Shown piece by piece: positions 25,201 to 38,792 of a stretch of DNA of 64,000 nt. The notes beneath the pieces were generated by a model. That model had not been told where the DNA came from. It was given only the letters and a program-made list of their open reading frames with translations, and made no database searches. Positions within the stretch are counted from its first letter, which is position 1. Each line of letters starts with the position of its first letter. The stretch comes from Bilabrum cf. latius (lineage: Eukaryota). Made by a program: the position numbers and the translations under genes. The DNA lies in the NCBI GenBank assembly GCA_965178125.1, contig OZ237753.1, forward strand, positions 682,001-746,000, written 5' to 3'.

Positions 25201-28200
25201 CCGGGCGCGGCAGGGGCTGCTGGCCTCAGCGCCCTGCCAGAAGGGGCCGCCTTCGAGCTGGTCGAGATGCAGGCGTGGGCAGCGGCAGGTGCTGCCCTGC
25301 TGGCGGCGATGTGCGAGGCAGATCTCGCGAGGATGCTCGACGTTGGGATGCCGTCGGAGGCAGTCTTGCACTGCACAAGGCGCGCGTCTGCAGTGGCCCA
25401 ACAGGCATTCGTGCAAGGCATGCAGCTGCTGCTCTTGGCCTTCCCTGCGGCCGAGTCTATCCTCAAGTCTGGAGGAGGAGCCGGTGCCCAACACAGTTCC
25501 AGCGGACCTAGCCTGGACGGTCCCGGGATCGCGTGGACCCAGGATGGCACATCGGCCGCTAGGGCTGTCGCCTCGTCTCGGTGTGTCGCTGCGGAGCACG
25601 GTGTCGCCCTGGTGCGCACTGGCTGGACACTGCTTTAGGCATGCACAGGGGCAGGACCCGTTTGGCTGAGGGGTGCCTGGCATCCGTGCACTGGGCGCTC
25701 CAACGGGGGGCACGGGGGCTTGCCGAGCTGGGCTGCCTCGGATGGACAGTCATCGGTTGGTGTCGGGGAGGCAGGGGGGACGATAGGCGGCCCATCGTCG
25801 GGAGCAGGGGCCGAGAACTCGGCGGCGGCTCAGCCGGAGGCCGTGCGGCTCGTGGACCCCGACTGGGTGGGATTGTCGACCATTGTACAGGCTTCCGCTC
25901 AGTGGGTGGAGGTGCTTGCAGCGGTGGAAGGCGGCGGTGGTGGTGGTGTGGGTACTGGTGGGTCCTTGTTTCGACCGGATGCTTTCCATCTCGGGGCTCT
26001 GTGCGATTTGGTGCTGGGTAAGTCAGACGGTCCCGTGCGTCGGATCGACCAACTAGCAGCTGCTGCCAAGGTGTGCGGACCAGCTGGTGGGACCTTGGAG
26101 TCAGCAGCTGACGCGGCTGGCCTGGAGCCTTGCCCCCTGGCGCAGAGCAAGTCCATGCTCGGGTGGCTCGCAGCTCGGGACTGTGCCTAGGGCGTGTCCC
26201 GGGCTGCGGTTGCCCTTTGCGGTGTGCTTCCCAGCAGCTCAACGGCTAGTTGCGTGCTCATCGATGCGGTGTCATGGATGGCTGCAGCTCTCGTCAGTAG
26301 TCCCCTCCCGGCCGGCTCCGTGGCAGACGCATGCCTGGCGCAGTGGCGCCTTGACGACTCGTTTGCGAGCGGTGCCGGCCTGCGTCTGCCCGCGGCCCAC
26401 AGGGTGCTTCGTGTCAGCCAGGAGGGTGATTAGCTGGCTACACTCTCGCAATTTGAAGGGGACGGTCAATCCGCTGCCAGGGCCGGCAAGCAAGATGTGG
26501 ATGAGACAGCCGCGGTGTGCCGCACCCTGACCGTGTGCCCAGTCGCGGGAGCCATCGCGGCGAGCGCGGTAATCTCTTGCGCCTCTTCTGTCTTGCGCGC
26601 AGCCGCCTTGCTTCCTATTTCAACCGAGGAGGGTGTGGGCGCAAGGTCGGGGCTCGCTGCCCTTGCCACGTCAGCGGTGACGCAAGGCACAGTCTCGATC
26701 GATGGTATGCGGAGCGGGCTTGGTCCACTCGTGCGGAGCCGCGGGCTGGCCCTGCTCGCGCTTTGCGTGGGTGGGTCCTCTGCCGCCGCAGCCGCGGGCA
26801 AGTCGAACGATGGCGCAACAGCGCGAGGCGCCGCCCCTAGACGGATGTGGAGCCCATTTGCAGCTGCCATCTCGCGCATGGGCGGCGCTGCAGGCGGGGC
26901 TCTCCTATCCAAGGGCCTCTTCGCGGCAGATTCGATCGGAGCCGGTGGGATGCCTCACGTGCACCCACTGCTTGCCGCATCCGCAGAGGCACAAGGCTTG
27001 CCTGGACAGCCCAGCGACCCCCGCGTGCCTGCATCGCTGTGGATGCCCTGGCACCTCCCCTGTGCCGACCTGGACGCAGCTGATACTGCGATGCTATGCA
27101 CCGGGGCACCGAAGTCATCCAGGGTACCGACGCTCGTGGATAGCCGGAGCCGCGTCCCCCTTCATGCGGCCGGGCCAGCGCGCCTTCCCAGGCTGCTGGA
27201 TGGCCCCGGCGGCTTGGACGAGGACAGCGTCTCATTCCATGGCAGCGAGTCGGACGGCAGCGAGATACCTACCCCTGTACCAGACGAGGCTGCGAAGCCT
27301 CCGGCAGCGCCTGCTGCAGCTCTAACTCGCTCGCAGGAGAAGTCCCTGTCCAGGCAGCTCAGGGCGGCGCTCGACGATGAGGTTGCTTCCCTGACGGCGG
27401 CACTGAGGGGAGGTGTGCCGCCCCCTCCGCGATTGCAGCGCGAGTCCAGTGCTCTGCCGCTTGCGATTGCTGGGAGGTATTTGCAGCCAGCCGCGAGAGT
27501 CCGAGAACGGGCGGCGCTTCATGCTGCCCTCTCGCTCCTCGTACCCCGTACGAGAGACGGTGAGGCTGCCTCAGCGAGTGGTGGCATGGGCGGCTTGGTG
27601 GACGCCGGAGCCGCTGTGCTCCTGCGCGTGCTGCCGACCCTGCAGACGGGCCAGCTGGCCCTCATCATCCGCGCCGTGTCAATCCCACTCAGTGCGGGCA
27701 CAGCGACCCAGGCCAGACCGACGGTACAGGACCCAGCCAGCGGGCTGGTGTCCAGGACTTGGGCGATGTCACCTGCGTGCCTCTCGCAGGCAGGTAGGCT
27801 GTCTGCGGGCTTTCTTCTGCGGTTCATGCGGCAGCTGGAGAGCTCCCAAGTTATGGTGGGTGGTTTGCCCGGGACATCCAGCGGGGGAAAGGCCATGAAG
27901 GTGCCCGTGGCCTGGATGCGGCACGTGCGCGGGGCGCTTGGGGAGGGGCTCCGGTCGGGTGACGCCTATTGCCGCACCCTTTCCGCGCAAGCCATGGGCG
28001 AGATGGCACGGCTTTGCGGGACGGGCATCACGAAAGGGCTGCTCAAGACCCTGCAGAGCTCCGCGCAGGGACAAGAGGTGGCGAGCGCAGCCAGCGGGCA
28101 AGGGACAGTCCTATCCTCATAGTCGAGACAGGCTGTGCTGCGCTGCTCAAGGAGCGGTGCACTGCTGGCTATCGCTTCCGTCAAGAGGACCTCTGCCCTG

Positions 28201-31200
28201 TCTAGGGGCAGGATCAGTACCCAGGGCCTGAGGGAAGTGGCCGTGTATGACGCAGGACGGGAGGTGTCGCAGCCGGTGCGGCAGGCTGCTCTCCTGGCGT
28301 GGCACTCGCAGGTACACGGAGCATCGGCCAGGTCCAGCGACAGCTACCTGCTGTCCACGCTGGCGCTCATCGAGGCCCACGTCCTCACGCCGACGGCATC
28401 ACAGGAGCTCGAAGACGTGGATGCGACCTCGAATGCAGCCGACTTTCCCGTGGTGTCACCTGATGCATCCTCCTCGGAGGCCAGTCCAGCTGCTCTGGCG
28501 CAGCTCGCGTCGAACGGTGGCGCGTGGATGGACGTAGAAGATGCGAGTGGCGGTTTGCTCGGGCTTGCCACCGACTCGGGTGGACTCGGCTTGTCTGCCG
28601 GGTGCCCGACTGCCCTCCCACTGGGCAGAGCCTCTCTCTAGGTCAGAGGCTCGCAGCTGGTGCTCGCCAGGCAGCTGTCTTCGCTGGTCGATCTGTGCGG
28701 GCCGGATCTATCCACGGAGGATGCCTCGTCCCCGTCAAAGGCAGGGAGCAGATCGAGGGCCGGCTCGTCGGCTCCGGAGCTCTCCCCACTGTGCCGGCTG
28801 CTCGTGGTATGGTCGGCCCTGTGCGGCTGCCCCGACCCGGGCGTCGCAATGACGTGCGTGGGGATCGCGCGATAGTTGCAGGTACTCGTACCTGGACTGC
28901 TAGAGCCTGATCTTATGGCTGCTGTGTACCGCGCGATTGCAACCGGCGCCGCGTGTGACGGTGCCGTGTTCGAGGCAGCGCCTGCAGACCTAGCACCGGC
29001 CGCTGGGAGCAGTGACTCGGGAGGGTCTGCCGGTCAAGCTGCACGAGCGCAAGCCTCGGCCAAAGAGATCGGTAGGTTCACCCATGCCGCTACATTGCTC
29101 GCACCTGCGGGGTGCGTCCGCGTTACCTTGGGAGCTGCTGACAGCGGGACCAAGTACGCACTCGAACGATCCCTGCTGGCTGTCGGGCTCAAGCGGCTCG
29201 GAATGCCGATGATTGGCATGTTGGAAGACGAGGCAGGTGCAAACGGAAGTTCAACTGCCGGTGCAGCACCTGCGTCTGCCAAGCTGCCTCCCACAGTCCC
29301 CCGCGATCCCGACTATGAAGACGTCTTGCGGGGAGTAGCTACATGCCCCGGCTGCCGAGTCGACCTGTTGGACACAGAAGTCCCACTCTCGGCATTCCTT
29401 TCCATGTCTCTTGTTCCCTGCGTGTCGCACGGCACCGCGGTACAGGCGGCCGAGAGGGCCAGCGTCGGGCTTGCTGCCGCGAAGGCAGCAGCAAAGGCGG
29501 CTCAGGACCAGGCTCAGCAAGCCGACAAGCCAGGAGGCGACGGAGGCGGCGTGGACGAAGACGGTGGGCCGGCGAGCCCTGGGCCGAGTCGCTCTAGGGT
29601 AGCCGCTGCTACCGCGGGTTTTGACAAGGAGGAGCTGGCCAGGCAGGCGGCCGTGTTCGAGGCCGGTCAGACTATGGAGGTGCAATCGTCGGAGGGGTCG
29701 TCTGGACCGGGCGGTCAGATCTCCAGCGCGCTGGCAACCGCGTGCAGGGCACTCGACCAGGAGGTGGTCATACCCAGCGGAATGGCGCTCGTGGCTGCTG
29801 CGATGAATCGGTCGCTTGGTGGGGGTACGCGTGAGCAGACGATGGCGGTTCGGTTCGCGGCCGCAAGCGCTTGGGCGGAGGCGCTGCGAGGACTTCTTCG
29901 GAGAGACGCGCGGCTGTGGGCCTCCTCTGGCGCGCCCCTCGAGCTGCTGATGGCCTGCAGCTGCTTCGGACCGCAGTCTTCTCCTGACTCGCTGGCCTCC
30001 ATCATGGGCATGTACGCCTGGTTCCCGACGCACGGAGAAGTTGAGAAGAGCGTCCTGGGCAACGGGCAGCTTCTCGAGGGTGCCCTGTCCGGTGGTGGCA
30101 TGCAGCTGCATGAGCTGAACAGGAGTGCTAGCATGCAGCTGGTGAGCAGCAGTGCAGGTGCAAGCAGCTCTTTGCATGCAGGGCTGGAAGACTTGTGCAT
30201 GTCCGGTGGCTTGTCCACCTCGCACACTGGGTTCCCGCAAGGCGCTGCCAGCCTCACGTCTCGCAGCCTGGCCAGTTTTAGCACCTTTGCGAAGGCTAGC
30301 TGGAACGTATCGATTCACATGGAACAATCTGAACGCATTGGTGAGGGCGGGCCGATGCAGGGCGCGCGGCCTAGGACCGATTCGCCATTCGGGCCGTCAT
30401 CTGGCGCTGGCGACGACGGCACGCGAAGTCTAGCCTCTTCAGTCAGCAAGACCGTCTCTGGCCTCGGACGCGGCGGCTATCAGCTCGCAACGGCGTCTCA
30501 GTCGTGGGGAGGGGAGAGCGTGCTGCAAGTGGTGCACCTTGGGAGCGGTGGTGGCAGCAGCGAGTCCGATGTCAGCGCGTTTGGTTTGGCGGGCACGCAC
30601 GACCGGTCGTCGTCCGCGGTTGGCGCGAGTGCCCAGCAGGCGATCGCGCGGTACTGGCGATTGGTCGGCCTGCTTATGGAGGAAATGGTCTACCTCAGCG
30701 ATGAAGGGGTGTGGGGCTCGGAGGCAGAGGTTCCTCTCGGGGCGGATGCAGGAGGCAGCGGTGCGCTGCAGGTCGGACGGGCCGAATCTTTGGGTGGTGG
30801 GGCGGTGTATCTCTCCGCCAGAGCGCGTGCCGACCAGCCTGCCAGTGCGTCCCGCATGCAGGCAGCGCTGGAGCCTGACTGGCTGGCCGTGTGCGCGTGT
30901 CTTGCGCAGGGCAGCCGGGATGCCGCCGGTGTTCTGCTGACGCAGGCCAAGGATGCGGCCGCTGGGTCGCTGGGGGAGCGCCCCAGGAAGTCCAAGGGAA
31001 AGAAGAAGAGAACCGAGGCCGGCTCCCCTGTCCTGCTCCCTGTAACGGTGCTCGGCTCGCAATCCTACTTCATCGAAGCCGCCAGGCTCGGCAGCTTGGT
31101 GAGTGCGCCGCCACCTGGGTGGTTCTCGGTGGGAGTCAGGGGGCAGGCTGCAGCGATGCGTGCCATGCGGCTACGACTCGATTCATGGTTGGAAGCGGCC

Positions 31201-33900
31201 GGAATGGACGGAATCAGTACTGGACCCGGACACAACAGCAAGCGACGCAAAGCCACAGATGGCCAGATGGCCCAGATCCTCCTGGTGCTTCGATCGGTCG
31301 AAGCCGTCCTCCTCAAGTCTCGGTCCTTAGGCAAAGCAGTCGCTGATCTGCAAGCGGCGGCAAGTGCTGGGTCGTCTGTGCGCACTGGCGACCTCATGGT
31401 TGACCAGTGGTGCGCGGTGGACAGCGCAGATGCGTACTTGCGAGCAGAGGCCGTAGGGACACTTTGCTCTCTCGTGCGGATCTGCAGCTGCCTTGACGAC
31501 CCATTCCAAGCCGGTGCAAGTCCCTTGAAGGCGCAAGAAACGCAGCTGACTTCGTTGCTGATCGAGGCACAGCAACCTAGCGGGTCATCCATGGTGGACC
31601 GATCGGGCGCTGCTGCCCTGGTGGATGCCATTGCCAACGGGTCGCTGGCGGCGCAGGGGCCGGGCGCCCGGAGGGCAGTGAGGGCGATCGTGGAGCGAGG
31701 CCCAAAGGTAGATGCGGTTAGCACGTAGATGGATCGACTTCGGCTTGTGTGCGGTCTTTTACCGGCATTGCACGGGTCTGCAGAGGCACCGAGGGCTGCG
31801 TGCTTGCGACTAGCCGCAGCGCTTGGGGCTAGCCGACTGCTAGCTGCACTAGGGTCCAAGGCTGCCGCCCGCGTATCCAAGGGGCTCAAGGACTTGTATA
31901 CGCTGCTTCCGAAGCAGACCAATCGTACAGTTGGGGGTGTGTACAGTGCGTGTTCGGCCGAAGCCTCGGGCCCCATTGCCCTGGCTGCTACAGCATTGGC
32001 ATGCGCGCAAGACAAGTCTGCGAGTCTGGCCAGCGTGACTAGGCAAGTTGAGAATGTCGAGGACTGTCTTTCGCGAATGATTCCAGATGCAGTAGCGGCA
32101 GATTCGGAGGAAGATGCTTCCTCAGGCCCTAAAGAGAACGCTGCCGGCAACGACGGAGGCTCGTTGCCGTCTGGCAGGTTCTAGGACCAGGACAAGGCCA
32201 CGAATTCCGAGGACTCGCAACTCATGCTAGTTCTGGCAGCAGGACTGCTCGCAAATGCTGCGGGAAAGGCGTCGGCCAGCGCACCGGGCTTTGCCCTGGA
32301 TTTGGTGCGCCGGTGCTCGGCAGTCTGCATCTCTCTGTCAGCGGCGAGTTCGACGAGACCCGGCCTTGGCGACCGTCCGGCTCAAAGCGACTCGGCAGCG
32401 CAGCCTGGTGTTGCCGCAACGGTACGCTGGGCGGCGCAGCAATGCGCCAAATCTGTCTGCGGGTCTTGCGTGTCTTCCAGCCAAGGGGTTGTGGCCGCAG
32501 CGAAGAAGAAGATCAAGAAGAGCGCCATGGAGCTGCCAGCTCTGGCCTCGCAGAGCATTCTCTTGCAACTCCTCGCGGGGGAAGACGCAAAATCTTCCAC
32601 AGAAGGCGGACTTACAGGCACACTCCTGGAATTGGGCGGTGGTCTTGCAGCCATCGATTTTGAAACTCATGGCAGTAGTAGTAGCATCGGCACGTCGAAC
32701 CTTCCAGCTGCTGCAGCACTTTGCACGGCAGCGGGATGCTATTTGAAGGCTACAGCAACAGCAACAGCAACAGCAGCAGCAGTCGCCGAACAGCCAGCGC
32801 GGGAGCTGATCGCACTACCAGTCGCGTACAAGGCGGCCGCTATGCTTGCGCTGGAGGGCTCGCTGAAGGCCCAAGGCACAAGCGCTGCTGCCAGGCACCG
32901 AATCAGCGAGATTCACTCGAGCATTGCTAGGACTGGACTCTCGCGCCAGTGGAGCAGCTCGATGGCCCATTAGCTCGGGGTCGCCCTTAAATCCGCGAGA
33001 GCCGAGAGAGCTGCCCCTGGTAAGTGCGACTCTGCACGGACAGCACCGGCCACCTCCTCCTCCTCCTGCTGGGAGCTGATGTGCGACGCGGCGGCTCATG
33101 CCATCCAGGAGGGCGGGCCCGGATCTTGTCTCGCCGCTGTTGATGTGACGAGTGCGATCCAGGCGGGGGGAGAGGAGCCGGAGGGGGGCAGCGGTAGGGA
33201 CGCCGGGGCGGCTGGACTGGCGCTGCGGCCGGTCCTGGCTGCTGCTGTCGGCGCCCTACAGGTGCAGGTGCAGGTGCGCGGTGATGGCCCGGTTTCATCG
33301 CGAGAGCGCAAGCCAAGATCTGGAACTAGTGCACATAACGCAACCGAACTGGGTTGTCATGCGATTCGGCTGTTGTTTGCGGCTTGCACGGCGCCGTGGA
33401 TCCACAGTGCCAGTGGCGGTGACGGTGCTGCCCGGCTGGCTGCACTGTTCCGGTTTGTAGCCGCAAGGGCAGCTGAGCTGGGGAACAAGGAGGGGGTTGG
33501 TGCCTAGGAGATGCTAGCCATGCTTGGGGCGGAGTTGTTCGCGTTCGCGAGGGTCCACAAAGCCGAGTTTGCGGCTGCGATCGGCGGGCTGGAGAGCGGG
33601 GATCGAGCCGCGCTGCAAGCTGCCATGAAGGAATCGCAGGCCGGGGGTGGTGCGGGACGCGTTACCAGGGCGGCCGTTTCTTCGTCACGGGAAGGAGGTG
33701 CGATTTAGACTAAGGCAGCAGCACCAGCACCAGCACCAGCAGCCGGTGGAGGGCTTGGGCTCGCTCCGCCGCCTGCGGCCAAGCCGAAGCGGAAGAAGGC
33801 CGCAGCTTCCGCAAGCACTGGTGGCAGCCCAATGGGTCTCGGGCTGGCCCCTCCTAGCAAGAAGGGAAAGCGAACCAAGCGCGGATCAGCTAGAAGGTGA
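22239..33900 (+). CDS. Giant HEAT-repeat protein, HEATR5/Laa1/SWEETIE-like, about 3850 aa
   Basis: Exon 22239-22588, intron 22589-22673, then one frame to TGA 33898-33900 broken only by 13 TAGs. HEAT-like segments: LCRDRDAAVRCRSAVSM, FADVSPRCRSAFALAVA, LRSGDAYCRTLSAQAMGEMARLCG, RSGALLAIASVKR, and C-terminal AEFAAAIGGLESGDRAALQAAMKES. The HEATR5 assignment is from remembered motif order. Confidence 0.65.
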
Positions 33901-34014
33901 TCGTTCTTACGCCAAAGACTGTCTGCAGGCGAAACCATTTATATCAGTTTTATGTTCACTTCGCACGCTACAACCGTGTTGGGAGGTCGCCGGTGCAATT
34001 CACCCCTTTGCGAA

Positions 34015-35170
34015 ATGAGTGGACGGCTATTAAGATAGAGATAGCGAGTTTGGCATGTAATTGATGCCAAGGACGAGGTAAGAGCACTTTACATGTCATT
34101 GGATCCGCACCACAGTCACATGGTGCTCACTCTTCAAGTCAACAAGTCCCTTGCTTGTCACTCCGCAGGTTGTCGGTAGGCTCGCAGTTCAGGTGGCTGC
34201 GCTTCTGCAGGGAAAATCAAAGCCGACATATCGGTCGCACGCTGATAGCGGCGATGAAGTTGTGATTATCAATGCCAGGCATGCTATGTTCAGCGGCAGC
34301 AAGCTGAAGCAGAAAATGTACTACAAGCACTCAGGTTATCCTGGTGGGCTCAAGGCACGAACGGCTAGGGAGATCTAGGAACGGCACCCTGAAAAGATTA
34401 TGGAACTTGCTGTGAAGCGAATGCTCCCAGACAACCGGATGCGCAAGCACGTTTGGCTGAAAAGGTTGCGCGTGTACGCGGATGACGAGCACCCTCACGA
34501 CTCACAGGTGAACAGGAGCGCCTCATACGCGCCCGGCTGGCTGGATTATGGCAAGCCCTTGAGCAAGAAAGTGGAGAGCGATGTCTAGATCGTGCCGTTC
34601 AGGGACGACGTCTTCGGGTCTGAGACGCCTGCATCCGAGTGGGCCCCCGGCACGCTGTCCCCAGAGACAGACGACAAAGATGAAGTAGCAGGGATGTTCA
34701 AGGAGAGATGGGCGCAGGAGATCGAGTTCTGGAAGAAAGAGAGGCAGGGCATTCCCGAGTACATCTATGACATGCACGACATGCCCAAGCCAGAGGGTGG
34801 CGAGGACCTGACCCCGGAGGAGGCGCATGCCGCCTTCTTGCGCAATCTGGACGAATTCAGAAAGACCAGGGACGCAGACCCGGCCTGGAAGGATTTCTGG
34901 AAGGGCGTGGGCGACGGGGCCGAGCCGGGCAGTCAGGAGGAGAACCCAGTCTTTGGCAAGTACAAGCTTCACGAGGCAGAGGCCAAGGAGCCCGCCAGGA
35001 AGGGGAAGAGAGGGGGTCAGGCCAAGCCCGGGGCGGGCAGCGGTGTGGCGCCGGTCATGCCGAAGTGGGGCAAGGTGCCCGTGGGATCGAGCTCGCCGGG
35101 TGCCGGATGGAAGACAGTGTACGACACGCGTGCCGGGGCGGAGGCTGGGCAAGCAGGAGGCCGGCAGTGA
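34015..35170 (+). CDS. MRPL13: Mitochondrial-type 50S ribosomal protein uL13 with C-terminal extension
   Basis: RVWHVIDAKDE, intron 34078-34168, then VVGRLAVQVAALLQGKSKPTY..DSGDEVVIINA..YYKHSGYPGGLK..EI*ERHPEKIMELAVKRMLP..RLRVY..HPH. TAGs at 34036, 34042, 34376 and 34586; TGA stop. Confidence 0.9.
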
Positions 35171-35481
35171 ACAGAAACTAAGCCTGGAATTAACCATAGA
35201 TCTTACTTTGGGTTTTTAGAGGCGTGCGTCGACAGAACCCGGTGGTTGTCGAAAATGCACGTAACAAATGAGAAAGTGCACGCCGGCAAACACATTTATT
35301 CAGGTGGATTGCCGCCTAAGAAAGTCGCGCGGCAACCGCTTTATGATCTTGGGTTCTACATTCTCTAAGATCCAGTTAGTCTCTCTAGAGGAAGCTCTTT
35401 GTGCCAGCGGATCGTCTTCTGCGGGCACGAACTTGGAACCGCTGCGCTGAACGGATTGGATTCGAACCGTATCCTCGAACA

Positions 35482-36169
35482 ATGGCAGCAGCAGCAAAGG
35501 CAAATGGGTCGGGTAGCTCTGCAAACATGACCAACCCCGCCAGCTTGGTTGAGCAAGGGAAGCTCCGGTTCCTGATCACGGATGCGGTGAGACTGCAGGA
35601 TCTGCAAGCAACCGATACATCAGCTATTTTCCGCCGTACGACAATGCTTATGATGCGAAATCAAGTGTTGTTTTTTTAGTATGCCTTACATATTCTTGCA
35701 GCCCCGTGACGCAAACCTGTAGGCGTATATTCGCGAATACAAGAAGCACGGCGTTACCGACGTAGTGAGGACTTGCGAAGTCACGTACGCGAAGAGCAAC
35801 GTCGAGAAAGCTGGGATTAAGTTTCACGAAATGGAGTGTACTGACGGTGCGCCCCCGACGGATGACGTCGTCACCAAATGGCTCGAGGTGTGCAGCGACC
35901 GGTTCGGTGACTTGGAGGAGGCGGGCACAGCAGAGGCTCCAAAGGGGAAGGCGGCCGGCCCGTGCATATCGGTGCATTGTATCGCAGGACTAGGCCGCGC
36001 GCCTGTCCTGGTCTGCGTTGCCTTGATCGAGGCAGGCCTGTCGAGTGGCGCCGCCATCGAGATGATACGGAAGCGCAGGTCCCGGGCCTTCAACCGCGCC
36101 CAGATCAAGTGGCTCACCCACACATACAAGCGGAGGGCGGCCCAAGGGGGCTGCTGCGTGGTTTCGTGA
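35482..36169 (+). CDS. PTP4A: PRL/PTP4A-type protein tyrosine phosphatase (prenylated)
   Basis: LRFLITDA, intron 35587-35701, PRDANL*AYIREYKKHGVTDVVRTCE..DGAPP..VHCIAGLGRAPVLV..IRKRRSRAFN. C-terminal CaaX (CCVVS); TGA stop. Confidence 0.9.
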
Positions 36170-36535
36170 TTTATCACCTCAAGGGCTATCCGCTGAGGTG
36201 CTAGTTGGCTTGAGTGCTGGCAAGGCGCAGAGTGATCGGTGGGTAGTGTTGGGAGAATGCAATGCCAGTGTGGGAGCGGCTGGGACAGGGAGGCCGAATT
36301 GCAGCACTGGCAATGGAGACTAGGTGCTGGCAGTGACAAGAGGTTGGTCGGGCCGACAAGCCCTATCTGGCTCTGCATTGTGTGTCACACAAACTTAGTC
36401 CTGTCACGAATGTTTAAGTACCCACTGGCGGTTCTGTGCCCGGCTCATCTCTCAAGATAGATAGTCTATGCATGACCCTGCTGCTCGTGCTCGTGCTTGC
36501 GCTCGCGCACCAACTCAACCGAGCAATGTGGCGCC

Positions 36536-37544
36536 TCACGCCCTCATCTGCCCCAGCCCGTCCTGCCCCTCGTGGGCCGCGATAGCCTCCAATGCGGCCA
36601 TCCTCGCCGCCTCCCTCTTGTCCAGCTCCGACTGCAGCTCGAAGAACCTGGGCCTCGTGGAATCAAGCACGGAGCTGTCCAGCTTGATGCCCCTGCCCAT
36701 GGTGCTAGACAGCCAGCCCGCCTTGACGTATGCTCCCTTGACAACGTCGGGCTTGGCCTCGTTGAGGGCGAGCAGGAATGCTCGCACGTTCTCGAGCAGC
36801 TGCTCCTCACTGAACGAGGCCTTCCCCACCGGTGCGCGCACTAGGCCCTGCTTGTCCACTCGGAAGGACACCTGTCCGGCCTTGGCCGCCTTGACGGCCC
36901 CAGCGACGTCCTTGGTGACAGTGCCGAGCTTGGGGTTGGGCATCAGGCCGCGGGGACCCAGGATGCGAGCGACACGACCTACAAGCGGCATTACGTCCGG
37001 AGATGCCACAGTCTTCGAGAAATCTAGTTCGCCATTCTAAATTCGTTCCACCAGGTCCTCTGCGCCAACGATGTCCGCCCCGGCCTGCCGCGCTTGCTCG
37101 GCTACTTCCCCCTTCGCAAACACCGCGACTACTACTCGCTTACCAGTTCCATGGGGAAGTTGTGCCGTACTTCGCACATTTTGACCTGGTTTTCTGGGGT
37201 CTACATCCAGTTTTACACAAATATCAACAGTCTGCGAGGAAATGGTGCCGATCAACAAATGTGAATGCGGTGTAGTGCACAACCCGAGCTATTGCAAAGC
37301 AAGAACGAGCCCTGAAGCTTACCTCATCAAACTTCGCTGTTGCTAATGAGCGAACAAGTCGAAGAGCAATATCTGGGCGATACACCTTCCTTCTGCGCTG
37401 CTCCTGCTCAGCGCTGTCATTGTCTGCAGATGTCGCAAACGACGCCCGCAACGAGGAAAGCGCAGGCATGACCCTACACAGCGATGCATATCTACTAATA
37501 GCTACAAATGGCCTTGCTGACATGCGCATGGCTACCCTGGACAT
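36536..37544 (-). CDS. MRPL1: Mitochondrial-type 50S ribosomal protein uL1
   Basis: Transit-peptide-like N-terminus; AKFDE, intron 37232-37322, [36 protein letters not shown](TAG 37037)[32 protein letters not shown] stop. Confidence 0.92.
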
Positions 37545-37686
37545 TTCGAGATTAGGGGTTTAAAACATGCGAGGCAAGCCTTCCGGGCACCGGTTGCAAC
37601 CTATTTTTCGGTGAGCCCGAGCCCGCCACTCAAGGGCGCGTCTGGGCGCACATGCATCATGTTTTCGCAAGCTGTCTAGTTCCAAA

Positions 37687-38637
37687 TCAATCAATGCCTC
37701 GTCTCCAACTGTCATCTCTTCGATCAAGGCCCGTGAACTCCTTCCCGGCCTGTGCAGCTAGCCTCTCCATCGCTGCTGCGTGCCGGCTCAGCACGACACC
37801 TCGGTCCACCCACTCCACAGGCCGGGCAAACACCTAGGAAAACTGCTGAGCCGCCTCGATTTCCACTTCCTGGATGCTAGGGCATCCATGCTCGCCCTGC
37901 AGCAGCTGCTCCATGCTCGTCACACCCCTCCCATCGTCTATGCCACAGGGCACGATCCGATCGAACCATGCCAGGTCCGGCCGCACGTTGAGCGCGAAGC
38001 CGTGCATGGTGACCCACCGGCTCGCCGCGATGCCCACCGCCGCGACCTTGGCGTCGCCCACCCACACACCGGGGTCCGTTGGCGACCTGCGGGCCTCGAT
38101 GCCCCACGCCCCCAGAGATCGGATCACCACCTCTTCCACCAGAGATAGGTACCAGCGAAGGTCTTTCCGGCTTGCCTCGAGTGACACGATTGGATAGCAC
38201 ACTAGCTGTCCTGGCCCGTGGAACGTCACTTCGCCGCCGCGCTCCACCCGGTGCACTTGGCAGTCGAATCGCTAAGGGTCGAAGCGTATATTGTCCGTTG
38301 TGGATCTTCTACCAAGGGTGTACACTGGATTATGTTCGACCATGAGAAGCGTGTCCCTGGGATAGTCCTCAGCCATCACGGCGTCTTTGGCCCTGCTGGC
38401 GTCGACAGAAAACTGCTTGCGTTCTTCACTTAGAGCCATCTGAAGCCAGTACGCATCCATATAATTCATTCTACCTAGCTTTATTGCCTGCAGGGGGACA
38501 CCTTGGATTGATGCGGGGCAACTCTTTGCTGCATCGGCGTGAGCTAGCTCATCTCGAATTGAACCCGCCAAGGCACGGTACAGAGGTCTTTGGCCCAAGC
38601 TGCACAGCCTAGGCATATGTATGAGCCTTCTCAACAT
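37687..38637 (-). CDS. LIPT2: Octanoyl-ACP:protein N-octanoyltransferase (LipB/LIPT2)
   Basis: LLMVEHNPVYTLGRRS, RGGEVTFHGPGQLVCYPI, GVWVGDAKVAAVGI, WVTMHGFALNV, FDRIVPCGI. TAGs at 38272 and 37834; TGA at 37687. Confidence 0.93.
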
Positions 38638-38792
38638 GATTCCTTGGGAACTGATGACATGGTGGTTTGCTGAAGAGGTAAATTGGATTCTCGTGAACGT
38701 CTTACAGTACAGTGCATCTATTGGCTTGCGTGACGAGTGCAGATTTTACTCTGTCGAGTGCCCATCACGCCTCCATTTCTAAGTCCTCTACC

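Noticed and set aside
36536-38637. Bacterial origin or contamination suggested by rplA- and lipB-like genes
   Set aside because: uL1 has a spliceosomal intron, both have transit-peptide-like N-termini and in-frame TAGs, and they sit among eukaryote-specific genes.
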